Shown piece after piece: positions 29,232 through 58,464 of a stretch of 64,000 bases of DNA. The stretch lies in contig CM035351.1 of NCBI GenBank assembly GCA_020137815.1, positions 1,178,001-1,242,000 on the forward strand, given 5' to 3'. The position numbers were made by a program, and so were the translations under genes. Source of the DNA: Hormiphora californensis. Lineage: Eukaryota > Animalia > Ctenophora. The notes under the pieces are model-generated. The model searched no databases. It saw only the letters and a list, made by a program, of their open reading frames with translations, and had not been told where the DNA came from. Each line of letters opens with the position of its first letter. Within the stretch, counting starts at the first letter, position 1.

Positions 29232-29556
29232 CTATTTCTTTAGTGAGCACTGGGTAGTAACTCCCAGTGCACTGAAACCCCCAGGACACACAACGGTCAG
29301 GTCTGTAAAGTTGGTCAGCAACTCCCCAACCGCAGTAGCTCGTTTCCCAGATCCGCAATGAACTAGACACTTCTTATCCTTGATGTCCTCCAGCTCAGCT
29401 ACTTTCTCGGGGTGCTGGTGGAGTGAATCGATATGTCGGACAGAGGGGAGTTCTAGGTGACCCGGCATCCCACTCTTTCTGGGTCCGGACATCAATGATG
29501 ACATCAAATGTAGATAGCAGGGGTTTAGCTTCTTCAGCGGATAGAACTTTAGGCAT
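29232..29556 (-). CDS. Single-domain rhodanese/sulfurtransferase (~107 aa), intronless, one apparent extra base near 29461
   Basis: ATG 29556 gives MPKVLSAEEAKPLLSTFDVIIDVRTQKEWDAG; after removing one G it continues HLELPSVRHID...CLVHCGSGKRATAVGELL...VCPGGFSAL. Motifs IDVRxxxEWxxGH, CxSGxR and GGF are present. Confidence 0.85.
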
Positions 29557-30058
29557 GGCTATTGAAAACTGAGGGTATGATCGTTAAGGGTTGTTTTGAA
29601 TAGTCCATCACATCGGCTCTATGATTAATAGGGTTCATGCGCTTTGCAGGAAGAATGTAAGAACTTGCATGCTCAGTAGTATAAAACGGGAGAAACTCTT
29701 TCTCCAACAGATCATCTTGAAATCTATCAAGAATGTACGCCATACACTGCACTTTCTCACTAACTTTCGAGGAGGTTCACAGTCAACACTCAGTACGGTT
29801 ATAATAGTCAGGATACCCCTCCAGTATGTCCAGTAAATTCAACTCCTCCTGGTTAACCTCATAGACCTCCCCTCGGACTTGGTAACCCGTCCCTACTTTT
29901 GGTAGCAGGTAGGGGATGTGACAACTTGATCCAATCACTAATGGCAACTTGTATGCCAGCTGGCCGTCGCCAACAATTTTAAGGTCTTTGGTCAGATGAC
30001 TGTTTGGGTAGCCCCGCTTCAGGGTTCCATAGACAAAAACTCGAAAAATCTGGCTCAT
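29549..30058 (-). CDS. GGACT: Gamma-glutamylamine cyclotransferase-like (GGACT/AIG2-like), intronless; two in-frame TGA at 29777-29785 are probably compensating indel errors
   Basis: MSQIFRVFVYGTLKRGYPNSH...VRGEVYEVNQEELNLLDILEGYPDYYNRT, continuing in the same frame as VQCMAYILDRFQDDLLEKEFLPFY. Confidence 0.88.
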
Positions 30059-30084
30059 TTCTGTCAATTTCAAAACTTTACTTC

Positions 30085-30633
30085 ACCAGACGTCTTGATG
30101 GTATGCAGGGTCATGACTATTGGGATAGACTGAAATTGCTCAATCTTATGTCCCTTCAGCGTCGGAGACAGCGCTACATTCTGATTCATGTGTGGAAGAC
30201 GATTCATGGTTTTGTACCTAACTCTGCCAACCTAGTATTTCAACAGCACGCTAGACTGGGTATGCGGATAGTTCCACCACCTTACCCCTATAGAGCAGAA
30301 ACGAAACGAGCTAATCAATTTCACTGCTCATTTGGTCCAAGAGCAGCACATTTATGGAACACTCTACCTGCTGCTGTCAATTCTTGTGTGAGCTTGAATC
30401 AGTTCAAATCATCATTGGGCAATTACTTGTCAGGATTTCACGATCGTCCTCCAGTCAGAGGGTACCCGCCACTTCCAAATGACCTTTCGCCTCAATGTGC
30501 TGTGCTGTGCTGATGAGTGTGAGTGTGAAGGGATAGTTTTTCAACTTGATTTTATTTAGGTGGACCCATTCAGGGAAGGCCTGTTTCTTTATAAATAAAA
30601 CTTTAATTGTAAACTAAACTTGTAAACTTGTAA
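30085..30633 (+). mobile_element. 5'-truncated LINE (CR1/L2-like) 3' end
   Basis: FTRRLDGMQGHDYWDRLKLLNLMSLQRRRQRY...LWNTLPAAV...FKSSL is a typical LINE ORF2 C-terminus; AATAAA and a short (AACTTGT)-type tail at ~30595-30633. Confidence 0.85.
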
Positions 30634-30759
30634 GGGCGTAAGGCACGGCTAGAGCAACACAGATGCCACAAGCCAGTGAAATAAGAAGTCAGGGGGACCA
30701 AGCGACAGCCGGAAAAAGAAACAACAAACCGACTGCCAACAGCAGAAAAAAAAGCACTT

Positions 30760-31000
30760 TTGAGAAGTAAAAAGTGAAATTTTCAAGTTTTTTCAAATTC
30801 GCGTTCGCGCGTTCGTTTCACTGCAAGTTGCAGCGCAGTGCCCTCCATTTTGAGCGCGTTACGTTTAATTTCCAGCGCGGCGCCAACTTTCTTTCTTCGG
30901 GCGAAATAAATCGAGTCATCGCGTTTTTCGCCAGAACTTTAAAGCAAGAAAAACGAATGTTTGAAACGTTACATTCCACGCCGTTTTCCCTATAGCGACC
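30760..31000. promoter_or_regulatory. Putative bidirectional CpG-rich promoter between the GGACT cluster (-) and Smad4 (+)
   Basis: CGCG cluster (TTCGCGTTCGCGCG, GAGCGCG, CAGCGCGGCG), CCAAT near 31000, plus-strand donor CAG|GTGAG at ~31036, located between head-to-head genes. Inference. Confidence 0.5.
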
Positions 31001-31764
31001 AATAAAAAAGCTCAAAGGCCTCTAGGAAACTCACAGGTGAGACACAGAAGACCCACCACAGCATGTGAGGATAGTAACCAGTCGCAGAAGCCACCAATAT
31101 CAGCGGGACAAATTACAAAAATGAAAAACTTGCCGCTTGATGTTCATGATTCTGTGAGATGCCTAGAATAGGAGACGCCCTGAGTTTACTTGAACTTTAT
31201 TCTTGAAGCTTTGTCGTCAGCTATCGTCTTCGACAGTCTGTCTCCGCCCGTCTGTCGCTGCCCGCAAGAAGGCTTGTTAGTGGAGGGGGCGTCCGGCGTT
31301 GCTTCTATCGACCGATCAAAACGGCGTTCTCCTACCACTAACAATGCATAAGCCCAAAAGCGGGATATCAATTATAATTATATCTTGTATTTGTACGTAG
31401 TCTGAATCAGTGCTTTGAAACCACGACTGAGGGAAATGTTGATTGTTCAACCCTGAAGCCTGAAGGATTCCACTTGGGTCTTAGTTCTTACCTAATACGA
31501 CATAGACCATTTTATATGCCACATTGTGCAATGTGAACAGTACCATGCCATTCACTCAACCCGACTCCATTTTCTCAATGATTTTTCCATACCATATTAT
31601 GGGGTCATCTGACAACCCCATTACTATCAGTCAGACCCGGTCCAGCCCTTCAGACATGTCAGTTATAACAACCATCTCTCTCGTAGTATGTAAGTTGTTA
31701 TAACAACTCTCTCCCTCCCCCTCGTAGTATGTAAGTTGTTGCAGCCGTGGAGGGGTCACTAACA

Positions 31765-48616
<16,852 letters not shown>

Positions 48617-49862
48617 CTGTAAGTCCCCTAGTTTGGTTTAATTATTATGAGTCCCTGATTTGATTTTAGATTCAGCCATCCCCAATCTTACTATTCTGCT
48701 GAAAACTACCCCTGTTACTTCTTGGTTCCTGCTTTCGCTATAACTTGCCACTTTCTCTCTTGCCCTCTCTTCTCGCTTTTTCTCTCTCTCTCTCATCTTC
48801 TGCCCCCCATGTTAAAGTTACTTGTCTATTTCGAAGGGTATGTCTCCTGCTCATTTTGGTATAATTAATTCCCCAGGTTGAAGAGAGAGAACAAGAAGGA
48901 GAAGGATAACACTGTCAAAAGGATAATGCGATAAAGTGGATGAAAATGTGTCAGAGGGTATAATGAGGGTAGTGAGAGTTTCTACTATCATTTATGAAAT
49001 GGGGTAGAATTTATATGACAGGGATAAATCGATTAACAGATGTATAGCACGCATCTTGTGTAAATTTTATTTCAAAATCTTGCATGATAAGTAGGTTAAA
49101 TTAAAAAAGAGACAGATAAGAGCATATTGAAGGAACGGAAAAAGACAATTTATCTTTTGTTTACACGGGCAAAGTACAGGTCTATTATTGAACTGTAGCG
49201 AGAGAGTCATTATGGGTGAGTCAAAGGGGGTCCAAGAGAGTTTTTAGTAGCTGATTTATTCTTCTAAAGGCTGACTGAGTGAGATAACGTCCTTTACCAG
49301 ACATAATGTCTAGACAACTACTAGGCGAGAGAGAGAGTAACATGGTATATCTTGGGATTTCAATATCTCACTCTCTATACATTTAATTTTATTAGATGCA
49401 CTATTATTTTTTTATTATCCGTTAGTAACTAACTCGTTTATAAACCACATTCCACAGGATGCCCTAATCTCGAACGATTATCTAATCCCTCTCTAAGATA
49501 GCTCCTTCTTTTTGCAGTATTTGGGCATCCTGTCCAGTAGTAATACCCCGGATATGGGTAGAGAATACTTCATGGTTCCAGATTAACACAGTTGTCTTGG
49601 AGGTAGATGGGAAGAGAAAACTACACGTTTTATGTTGTTATTAAAAACCAATACGCATAGGGTGTACAAAATACATTTTCTCGATACATATATTCACACA
49701 AATGGGGGGTTCGGGCCTATACTTCATATAATTCCATGGAGTAAGCTGTGTTGCTCACATAAAGATCTGTTCTTTTTACATGTGGCGCGCTCATTATAGC
49801 ACATGGTAACTGCACTTTTCAATGTCAGGACAATTATAATTCTAGGACTAGATTGTATTTTA

Positions 49863-51646
49863 TTAGACGAAGATGTAGGTAACTAGGAGTAGGAGTAGAG
49901 AGGATGAGATGACGGTCGAGGTAGCACCATTACCATCTTTCTCTTCTGTTTTAACTGCTTCACCATCTTCTGGAATTACTAATTGCTCACTGGAGGAAGG
50001 GAGAAGTGGTTAGTTAGTTGTGGAGGTTTGAGGGGAGAGAGAAGTGGTTAGTTAGTTGTGGAGGTTTGAGTGGGGGAGAAGTGGTTAGTTGGTTGTAGAG
50101 GTTTGAGTGGGGAAGAAGTGGTTAGTTGGTTGTAGAGGTTTGAGTGGGGAAGAAGTGGTTAGTTGGTTGTAGAGGTTTGAGTGGGGAAGAAGTGGTTAGT
50201 TGGTTGTAGAGGTTTGAGTGGGGAAGTCGGAAGAAGTGGTGATCTGATTGGGGAAAAGAGGTGGTTTGAGTAGGAAGAAGAGGCGGTTTGTTTTTGGAAT
50301 TACGTAGTTGAAGTTTATAATAAAAAATTGTAGAGATTTGATGGAGAGGGGGTAGCTGTCGCATGACTCATGTATTCTCTCCACAATCGAGAGAGAGGGG
50401 AGAGAAGAGGGAGAGTGAGAGTGAGTGAGAGAGGGAGAGTGAGCGAAGATAGTGAGAGAGAGGGAGAGGGAGACAGCTAGGTAATGCTATATCCCACAAA
50501 CAGCGATTTGAGCTCCCATTATATCATGCTATGATGAGCTAAGAGTGTAGAGAGCATGGGAAATGTAGATAGAGGTTTAATCGTTCTGGCAAGGGCATTA
50601 GCGGGATTTTGTTCAGCGATATATAGCGATATGCCGAGCACAGACAGACATACTATCTAAATACATGCTGCTAAATAAAACGGAGAACTACTATTACATT
50701 CTGACAATGTAATACATTATGTATCTCGTATGGGGAGGTGTATCTCGATGATTGGGTTTAGCTGGGCGAATGATATCAGCGATATAGCTAGAAGTACCTA
50801 TCCTCTTGCTTAACAGTGTAATCTTGATTCTTAGGTTCTTCTGTAACTACCACAACTTGATCATCGCCACTACGTGTTACGTGAATTAATCAATAGCTAA
50901 TTAATTAATTAGTGATGCAACCGGAACCCCGATTTACAGGAATCCCAATTTACCGGAATCCCAATTTACCGGACATCCCGGTAAACCAAGGTCCTCCAGC
51001 TACTAATACTGTTCCCGAGTCTCATTAAAGAGACAGTATTAGCATTAGTAGACAATTTGAATAATTGAAATAAAGTAACCGGCCCTTTATCCCTCTTGTC
51101 CCCACACCCTTGTCTACTCACCCCTTGTCTGCATCGTAACCCCTTTTTGTTCCCCCACCCCCGTGGTTACTCACCCCTCGGCGTTACAGTTGTCCTCCTT
51201 ACAACACTCCAGTCCCCGGCCCAAATTACAATCCGTCCCTCCCACACAGGTACAATATCCTGCAGGGTCACCGTAGGCACAACCCAGGTTGTAGTATGTC
51301 TTGGTGCCATTCTGTTTAGACCCTTTGAAGGTGTAGCAGTTGTCTTCACCTTTTACGCACTCCTGATTTGGGCGGAGGGAGACACATGGTTAGGCGAGAG
51401 AGATGGGTACTGGTAGTTGCTAGTTACCTTCTTTTCTTTTTTCCTTTTTTTACTCAACAAATTAAGCAATCGGATGTTTTTAGTAACATAATTTCGGATA
51501 CAAGGAAGTCACAAGGACGCATATAATAACTAACTTACCACTGAATTAGTACAACTGTTAGGGTCATCCACGTTGCTGCATTGGTAGCAGGAGATGGCTG
51601 AGGCCACCCCTAGAGCTGCTGAAAGCACCACCAGTACTTTTATCAT
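49863..51646 (-). CDS. Ly6/uPAR three-finger domain protein with signal peptide and GPI-type hydrophobic tail (4 coding exons)
   Basis: Not in the ORF track. Exons 51539-51646 (MIKVLVVLSAALGVASAISCYQCSNVDDPNSCTNSV), ~51175-51362 (ECVKGEDNCYTF...GC...ECCKEDNCNAEG), ~50798-50866, 49863-49989 (...GNGATSTVISSSLLLLLVTYIFV*). Splice phases agree; CYxC start and CCxxDxCN end are LU-domain hallmarks. Confidence 0.88.
49995..50225 (-). repeat. ~37-bp tandem repeat carrying ACTAAC branch-point-like motifs just upstream of the last Ly6 acceptor
   Basis: Minus-strand unit AACTAACCACTTCTTCCCCACTCAAACCTCTACAACC, ~6 copies. Confidence 0.9.
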
Positions 51647-53884
51647 CTTGGAACACACACAGAGGACAGCTAGGAGACAGGAAGGGTTATTTAGAAGCTC
51701 AAAAGTAATGGGTGTTTAGAAGTTCAAAAAGAAGGATTAATGGGTATTTAGAAGGTCACAATCTATACCCCATTAGCACGGGCTTAGAGTACCATACATA
51801 ACGATAAAGTAGGGAACAAACAGTGGAGATATTTCTAGAATTTAAGTAGTTAAAGAATAAAATGACTATGAGTACTTGAGAAAGCAAAACACAGTTCAGG
51901 ATCTAAATTAGATGCTAATGGCATGAAACAAAGCGTAGTCCCCCTAAACAGTGGTCTCATACTATTGTTCAGGTCCTTTGTAGTTAAATGGGGGGGGGGG
52001 GGGGTGTTGTATAATAGTTTGCAACAAAAAGTGGCTCACAGGGGAGCAACAAAGACCTGAATCTCTGCGTCTGTTGTGATGGCTAATAATAGCGTATTTC
52101 AGTAATTTTAGCCCTCTCTCTTTGAGAGATGCTCTCGTATAATTAGTCATATAATATAACTGGGCAATGAAGAACTATTGCGCTATGTACTGTCTAGCAT
52201 ATTTAGTCTCGCATCATCCAATCAAGCTAATAGAGACTGGCAAGATGAAGATTTAGAGAGACAGAGAGAGAGATAGAGTAGGAGAGAGAGAGAGAAGCGA
52301 GGATAAGAGATGAGAGTGCGATATGTCAATATGGTAGCAGTTAGCAGGTGCTGGGAAATAGCAGGAAGCATCGGAGCTTTCTGTGCGAGAGAGAGAGGGG
52401 AGAGAGAGAGATGCAGTAGATACTGTGAAAAATGGGGAATGTTAAAATAAGAAAGGTGCAACATACTGCAGTAAAAGCGGTAACGTCAGAATTCAAAGTA
52501 AAGTGGGGCGTGGAGAGTAGAAAGAAATTAGAAGTGGTAACACACACAACACAACAACAAAGCTTGAAACACAACTTTGGTGTGAAATGGTGCGGGGAGA
52601 GCGACCAGTGAATGGGTTAGAAATAGATCGGGAGCGGGAGAGACAGACAGAGAAAGATGAATATAGATCAAAGATCGAGAGAATGAAAGAGAAAGAGAGC
52701 TAGACTAGAGAGATATAGAAAGGTAAAGAAAAGGAAAAGAATACAGGGTGAAATAGAGAGAACGGGAATGAAAATAAGCTTGGGAGCGAGAGAGTAGTAT
52801 AGAATAGATGGTGTTGTAAATAAAGATCTACACTTTATATAGCATATTGTGTTTAGAAACCTATTTAGAGTGTGGGAATTCTCCTTTGGCCCTGATTAGG
52901 AGAAGGGGATAAACCCCGTTACCCCCAAATTTGCAACTTTTGGACTCAAAACTTTGGTCGAGTCCCATTTTAGACTAAAATAGAGCTAATTGGGTCACCC
53001 CAAATTAGAACTACATTTTTTTTGACTGGATTTTATAGCAAAATCAATCACATTTAAACCCGCCACCCCGCAAGTTTTACTCCAATTGATTGCCCTGACA
53101 CTTGTGTCAGATTCAAAGTAATCTGTCATACCGGTCCTTACCCGGGGGTGCACAAATTCTTTTTTTAAAACATTTAAACTAATAACAGAGAGATTTTTAT
53201 ACGAATTTGGCCTTGGGAAATGTAGTACAACTACCTACCCACGAATAATGGTAGAACCCCTGGAGAATTTTGGGTTCCGAAAAAAGGGGAAATGCCGCTT
53301 TTATCTCCATACTGGTGTATCCAGTGGGAAATCCGTGCAGCCAGAAAACTCGGTGCAGTGATGTTCTAGGTCTATAAGCTGAAAGGCCATTACGGTTAGT
53401 TTAAAAAGACGGAGGGAAGAGAGAGGGAGAGAAAAGAAAAGGGGAGAGAAGAGAGAGGGGAGAGGGGAGAGAGAGAAAAGAGAGGAGAAAAGAGAGAGAG
53501 AAGAGAGAGAGAGGAAAAGAGAGAGAGAGGGGGGGGGGGGGGGTTTTTTTTTTTTTTCCCCCCGGGGGGGGGGGGTTTTTTTTTTTTTTTGGTTTTTTGG
53601 GTTTCCCCCCCTTGCCCCCCTTTTGGAACCCCTTATTTCTTGGTTTTTTTAATTGGTGTGTTTGGGGGGTTTGGAGATAGGAAGTAGACCTAGGGTTTTT
53701 GCAAAGGGCACCTTATTCTTTAACCCCGCCACATACCCAAAAAAACCCCTACTAAACACTGCTGTACTACTATATCAGTTGAACTGCTGGGAGAAGAGAA
53801 GTGAACTCTCTGAGGTTGACGTTCTGTATACGTCAGGAGTCAGAATCACATAATTATCGACCACTGTTTTTTGGGGAAAAGAAC

Positions 53885-55172
53885 GGCAGGTGGGGAAAAA
53901 AGCCCCACCGGTTTTGGACCCCCCCTTTAAAGGGGCCCTTTAAGGGGGAAACCCTTTTTGGGACCCCTTTAAAAGGGCCCTAAAAGTTAAGGGGCCCTTT
54001 AAGGGACCCCAGAAAGTTTTAAGGGGGCCCTTTAAAGAGGTTGAACGAGTCGTGAAACAGTCCCCCCCGTCTCATTTTTACATTTTAAGCGGGGTTCCCC
54101 TGCTAAAGAGGGACAACCAAAATCGTGGTCAGTACCCCCGTAGGCAGTACACCTTGTAAACGGTTTTCCCTCGCTAATGAGGGATACCGAATCGTGAGCA
54201 CTGAGCCCGTGGAAAAATACCGTGGAGCGGTTCACATCTCTGTCCCCTCCCTCTGTCCTTTTCCCCCCCTCTGTGTCTGTTTTTTCTGTCCCTCTCTATT
54301 TTCCCCCCCCTCTGTCTCAATTTTTTGTATCTCTCCCCTGTCTCTGTCTCTGTCCCCTGTCCTTTTTCTCCCTTTTTCTGGGCTCGTCTCGTCTCTGTCT
54401 CTGGGCTCTGTCCCTGTCTCTGTCCTGTCCTCGTTTTTCTGTCTCTGGGCTCTGTCCCCTGGCTCTGTCCCCCTGTCCTTTTGTCCCCTGTCCTGTCCGT
54501 CTCTGGCTCTGTCCTTTTCTCTGGGCTCTCCCCTCTCCCCTCTCTCTCCCTCTCCCTTTTCCTCTCCTTCTCTCCCCTCTCTCTCCCTCTCCTCTCTCTC
54601 TCTCTCTTTTCCCCAACTCCCCCTCTCTTTTCTTTCTCCTCCCCCCCCCCCTCCCCCCCTTGCCCCTCCCTCTCCCTCTTCTTTCTCTCCCCTTTTTTTA
54701 GGGGGAAACGAGAGGGAAACGAGACAAGGGGCCAGAGCCCCAGAGAAGGACAGAGGGGGGAATGGGGTAAGGCCCAAACCCGAACCAAACGGGAACAGGA
54801 CGAAAAGGGAAAAGAGCAGAGGAAAACCAAAAAAGGGGGAGCGGACAGAGGGGACGAGATTTAAACCGATCACGTATGTTTCACTGCTCACGATTGGGTG
54901 TACCTCATTGGGAGGGAAAACGTTGAAATTTTACGATAGGGGTTGACGCACGATTCTTTAAAACCTCATTGCATGGAACCGTTTAAAAGAAAACGGATAG
55001 GGGTCGAGGGTATGCTACGTTCGTTCAAAATTTTCTTTAAGGGTCCCTTAACTTCATAGGGTCCCTTAAAGGGTCCCTTAACTTTCTAGGGTCCCTTAAA
55101 GGGTCCCTAAAAGGGTCCCTTAAAGGGTCCCTTAAAGGGTCCCTTAACCGGTCGGGCTTCTTCTCACCTGCC
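53885..55172. mobile_element. Foldback-like element with (AAGGGTCCCTTA)n subterminal arrays; left half is low-quality sequence
   Basis: GGCAGGTG...CCGG at 53885 versus CCGGTCGGGCTTCTTCTCACCTGCC ending 55172; inverted arrays at ~53915-54035 and 55037-55148. Confidence 0.6.
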
Positions 55173-56832
55173 AAATGAACTAGATAGATGTGTATGTTTT
55201 GTCGTTGAGACTGAGAGAGGGATAACAGAACAGAACCAGTTAGTTCTCTCTCACTCTATCCACCTTGGATACCAGTTCCACTCTCTGGGAGAGAGAGTCT
55301 TTCTGGGAGAGAGCCTAGTCTCTCCCACACACACACTGACACACTGACGATGATGATACGAAAGAGTTACTGCAATAACTGATACAAAGAGGCCTATAAT
55401 CGACCGGAAATGGAGAGTTATTAGTGAAGAAATGTGTAATTGTCGTCACAAACTATCCCTCAATGAAGATCTGTCATGCTCTTTGATTTCTGGTTCGTAT
55501 TTCCTCATCTATCCATCAGGATGAAAAGGAAATAAGAACATCCCACTCTACACCTCCTCCAATTATGAGCAATTGAGGCTCAATTTGAGCTAACTTATCG
55601 AGCAGTAATAACTGATCGATAGGCTGTATAAATTTCAGAAATGTAGAAAGGTTAGTAGAACGATTGAAGAAAGGGAGTTGGAAATGAACGGTAGACCTAT
55701 ACAGATCTTGCTAGGGAGTAGGAATTGTAGGATGAGCTGTAGTACCTCGTCTCAAAGTCACTAGTCACAAAGATATGTCGGGTGGGGGGGACTCTGTTGG
55801 AGAAAACTAAAACAAACCAGTTTCAGATTGAAATGAACTGACTATGAGTTGTTAGTTGTGGAATGTACTAAAAATAGGAACATATATTGGTCAGTTTAGG
55901 GTTGGACAATATATACCAACATGCCAGCACGTAACCTTGTTATGCAAAGGTAGATTGAATTTTGAGCTTTTGAAAGTTCACAACTGTTGCGTGTCACACT
56001 AACTGTCACAACTGACTCAGTCAATGCCTGTTAGGGAACATATTCATGTGCCCAATTTAGGCTAACAGTGTGACAACTGCTGCAGCATCGTGAAGTTGAA
56101 CTTGAAGTAGTGAAACCAGTATGAAGACTAACTTGGGATTTCCCAAACTATAAACGGAAACAACTTTAGAATGGACAGAGTCACAACTTGAGCCAGTTAC
56201 AGTTGGGACAAACGAACTGATTGACTCCAAACGGTGACCGGGTCCTGTCACTAGATTCCGGGCCCTGGTCCAAGCCTATTAGGGTATTAATTCTTGTGCC
56301 ATTGGAGGGAACAGGTGACAGGTGACATAGACACCTGGTGCGACCGAGATTGAGCTCACGCGGGGGTCGCGCCAGGTGTCTATGTCACCAAATCATGCAC
56401 CTGGTTTCTAATTCTTGGGGCCATCTGGCTCCCACGCAGGCCAGCCTATATAGGCCCATTAGGCTAAGACCCATCTAGTAGCAGTTTGTGGTACATTGAT
56501 CAAGGCTATGAGTATGACCGGTCTGGCGCCGCCGACCCCATCTGAGCGCACTGTCGCGTCACGCGCTCAGATTTGAGAATCAAATTGGGGTATGGGCCCC
56601 ATCATAAAGTTGTATGACTGTTACAATAGGATATCTATTACAGGTTCGAACACCTAAGTGAACTTCTCGAAATAACTTAAAGTCAATTCCGCCTACCAAT
56701 TAGTAAATTAGGTAAACGTCCAACTAAGGCTTCTAAAAACAATGGGTGTAGAACAAAAGGGTTGCAGCAGCTGACTGGTAACATTCAGATACATGCTGTG
56801 AAAAAGAAGGAAACGGGAGGAGTCAGCCAGAG

Positions 56833-56937
<105 letters not shown>

Positions 56938-57433
56938 CTTGGTAGGTAGATGGAAGCAACCTGATTGAGTAATTGGGTTAGTCGGTTGCTATCCTACTAC
57001 TACTACTGCACTCTCTCTCTCTCAATCGATAGAACCATCTGACCGGCTGCAGCTCAGCTGAGAGAAAGAGTGAAACTGTAATTTGTTGCAGGATGCAGTG
57101 AGTTGTTACTGCAGCTGGAGAGAGAGAAACGTTACTGGGGTAGTCAGCTGTGTTAGTTGACCAATTAACATATTATAATACCCGGTAATACGGGCTAATT
57201 ACAGGCTGAAGTCACGTGACCCTTGGGAAACATTACCCACACACTGGCCATGAACATTTTCCCAATATATGCTTGGCCGTGTGAGGGGAACGGAGGGGCG
57301 TGACGTGCCCAACCAATATGCAACATTTTCCCAATATGCAAGTTATGTCTCAACACGTGGACATAGTGGATTGTCATTAGGCCCATACCATGATAGGCGT
57401 TATAATACAACTTGTATTCCAGGGCTATCACTA

Positions 57434-57700
57434 AAGTCGGATTTTTTGAAACTGTCACCCCCCTGGGTGGCGCGCGATGTTTTATTGGCGCGTCGGAAAC
57501 TTGTTTTGGCGGTTTTTTGGCTCTCACGCCTTTGTTTCTTGGCCGATTTCGTCGATCAAAAGTTTTACGGACTCACAAAATTATGCTCTTTCCGGTGATA
57601 TGCGACTTTTTGCCGAAAAGTGAGAGCAAGTGGGGGCTGTCACGCGCAAATACGACGCCGCGCGTGAAAAGGGGGGTGACAGTTTCAAAAAATCCGACTT
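57434..57700. mobile_element. MITE with the same TIR as 19115-19717, TA-flanked (copy 2)
   Basis: TA|AAGTCGGATTTTTTGAAACTGTCACCCCCC...GGGGGGTGACAGTTTCAAAAAATCCGACTT|TA. Confidence 0.85.
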
Positions 57701-58408
57701 TATCAGCCCTCACATATCAATTATCAACCATTTTATTTCACGGGACCAGTTCCCGGTGTGACAACGAAAATAAAAATATCATTTTAATGGTTCGGTCAAA
57801 ACTCAAAATCAGGAATTACAATAACAAATTGAAGACACAGATGATATATTCGTATTCCCTAAAATGAGACACTCAATTTGTTTTCTACACTTGATCTCTT
57901 TCTATTCATAGCTCACTATCATTCAGGAGTTATTTGTTCAGGAGTGTGCTACCCTTCCAAGATACTGAGAAATATCTTGTTGTTACTCAACAAGATATAT
58001 CGAGGGAGGGTCAGCCCCAGTCTGAGAATCAAAACGGGGTGTGGCACTGTAAGACAGTGGTACTCGCCGTAGATAGCAATAGAACACCCGTTTTAACAAT
58101 CAGAAAATTAGGAACAGGAAAATAAAGCTCTTTTTAATTGGAATAGGTAATAGAAAACACACTCTCTCTCACTCCTCAAAAACTATAGCAACGAAGCACA
58201 ATCTAAACTGCAGGAGCTCGATTACACAAAACCACTGTCAGTAATGGAGCCTAGATCAGGAAAACTTCAGGAAAGATTAGGTTCAACTGCACGGTCAGAA
58301 TGAATCTCGAAAAGAGTACATCATGTTGTTGTGAGCTAGATCTTGCAGTTGCAACAGACATGATAGCTCTCACTCCACGACTGAGGTCTTCGTGCCGGAC
58401 AATGAGAG

Positions 58409-58464
<56 letters not shown>

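Noticed and set aside
29455-29470. Programmed frameshift in the rhodanese gene
   Set aside because: One extra G in a short run, with no slippery heptamer; most likely a sequencing error.
29777-29785. Two in-frame TGA codons in GGACT (C-*-L-*) as selenocysteine or readthrough
   Set aside because: A shifted frame over the same bases reads LTVNLLES, which fits GGACT homologs as I recall them better; two small insertions totalling 3 nt explain it, the adjacent gene also has an indel, and no SECIS was recognised. Accurate reads would settle it.
52850-55030. 273-aa and other overlapping ORFs at 54125-54946
   Set aside because: Low-complexity CT/GA repeat in poor-quality sequence; no domain signal.
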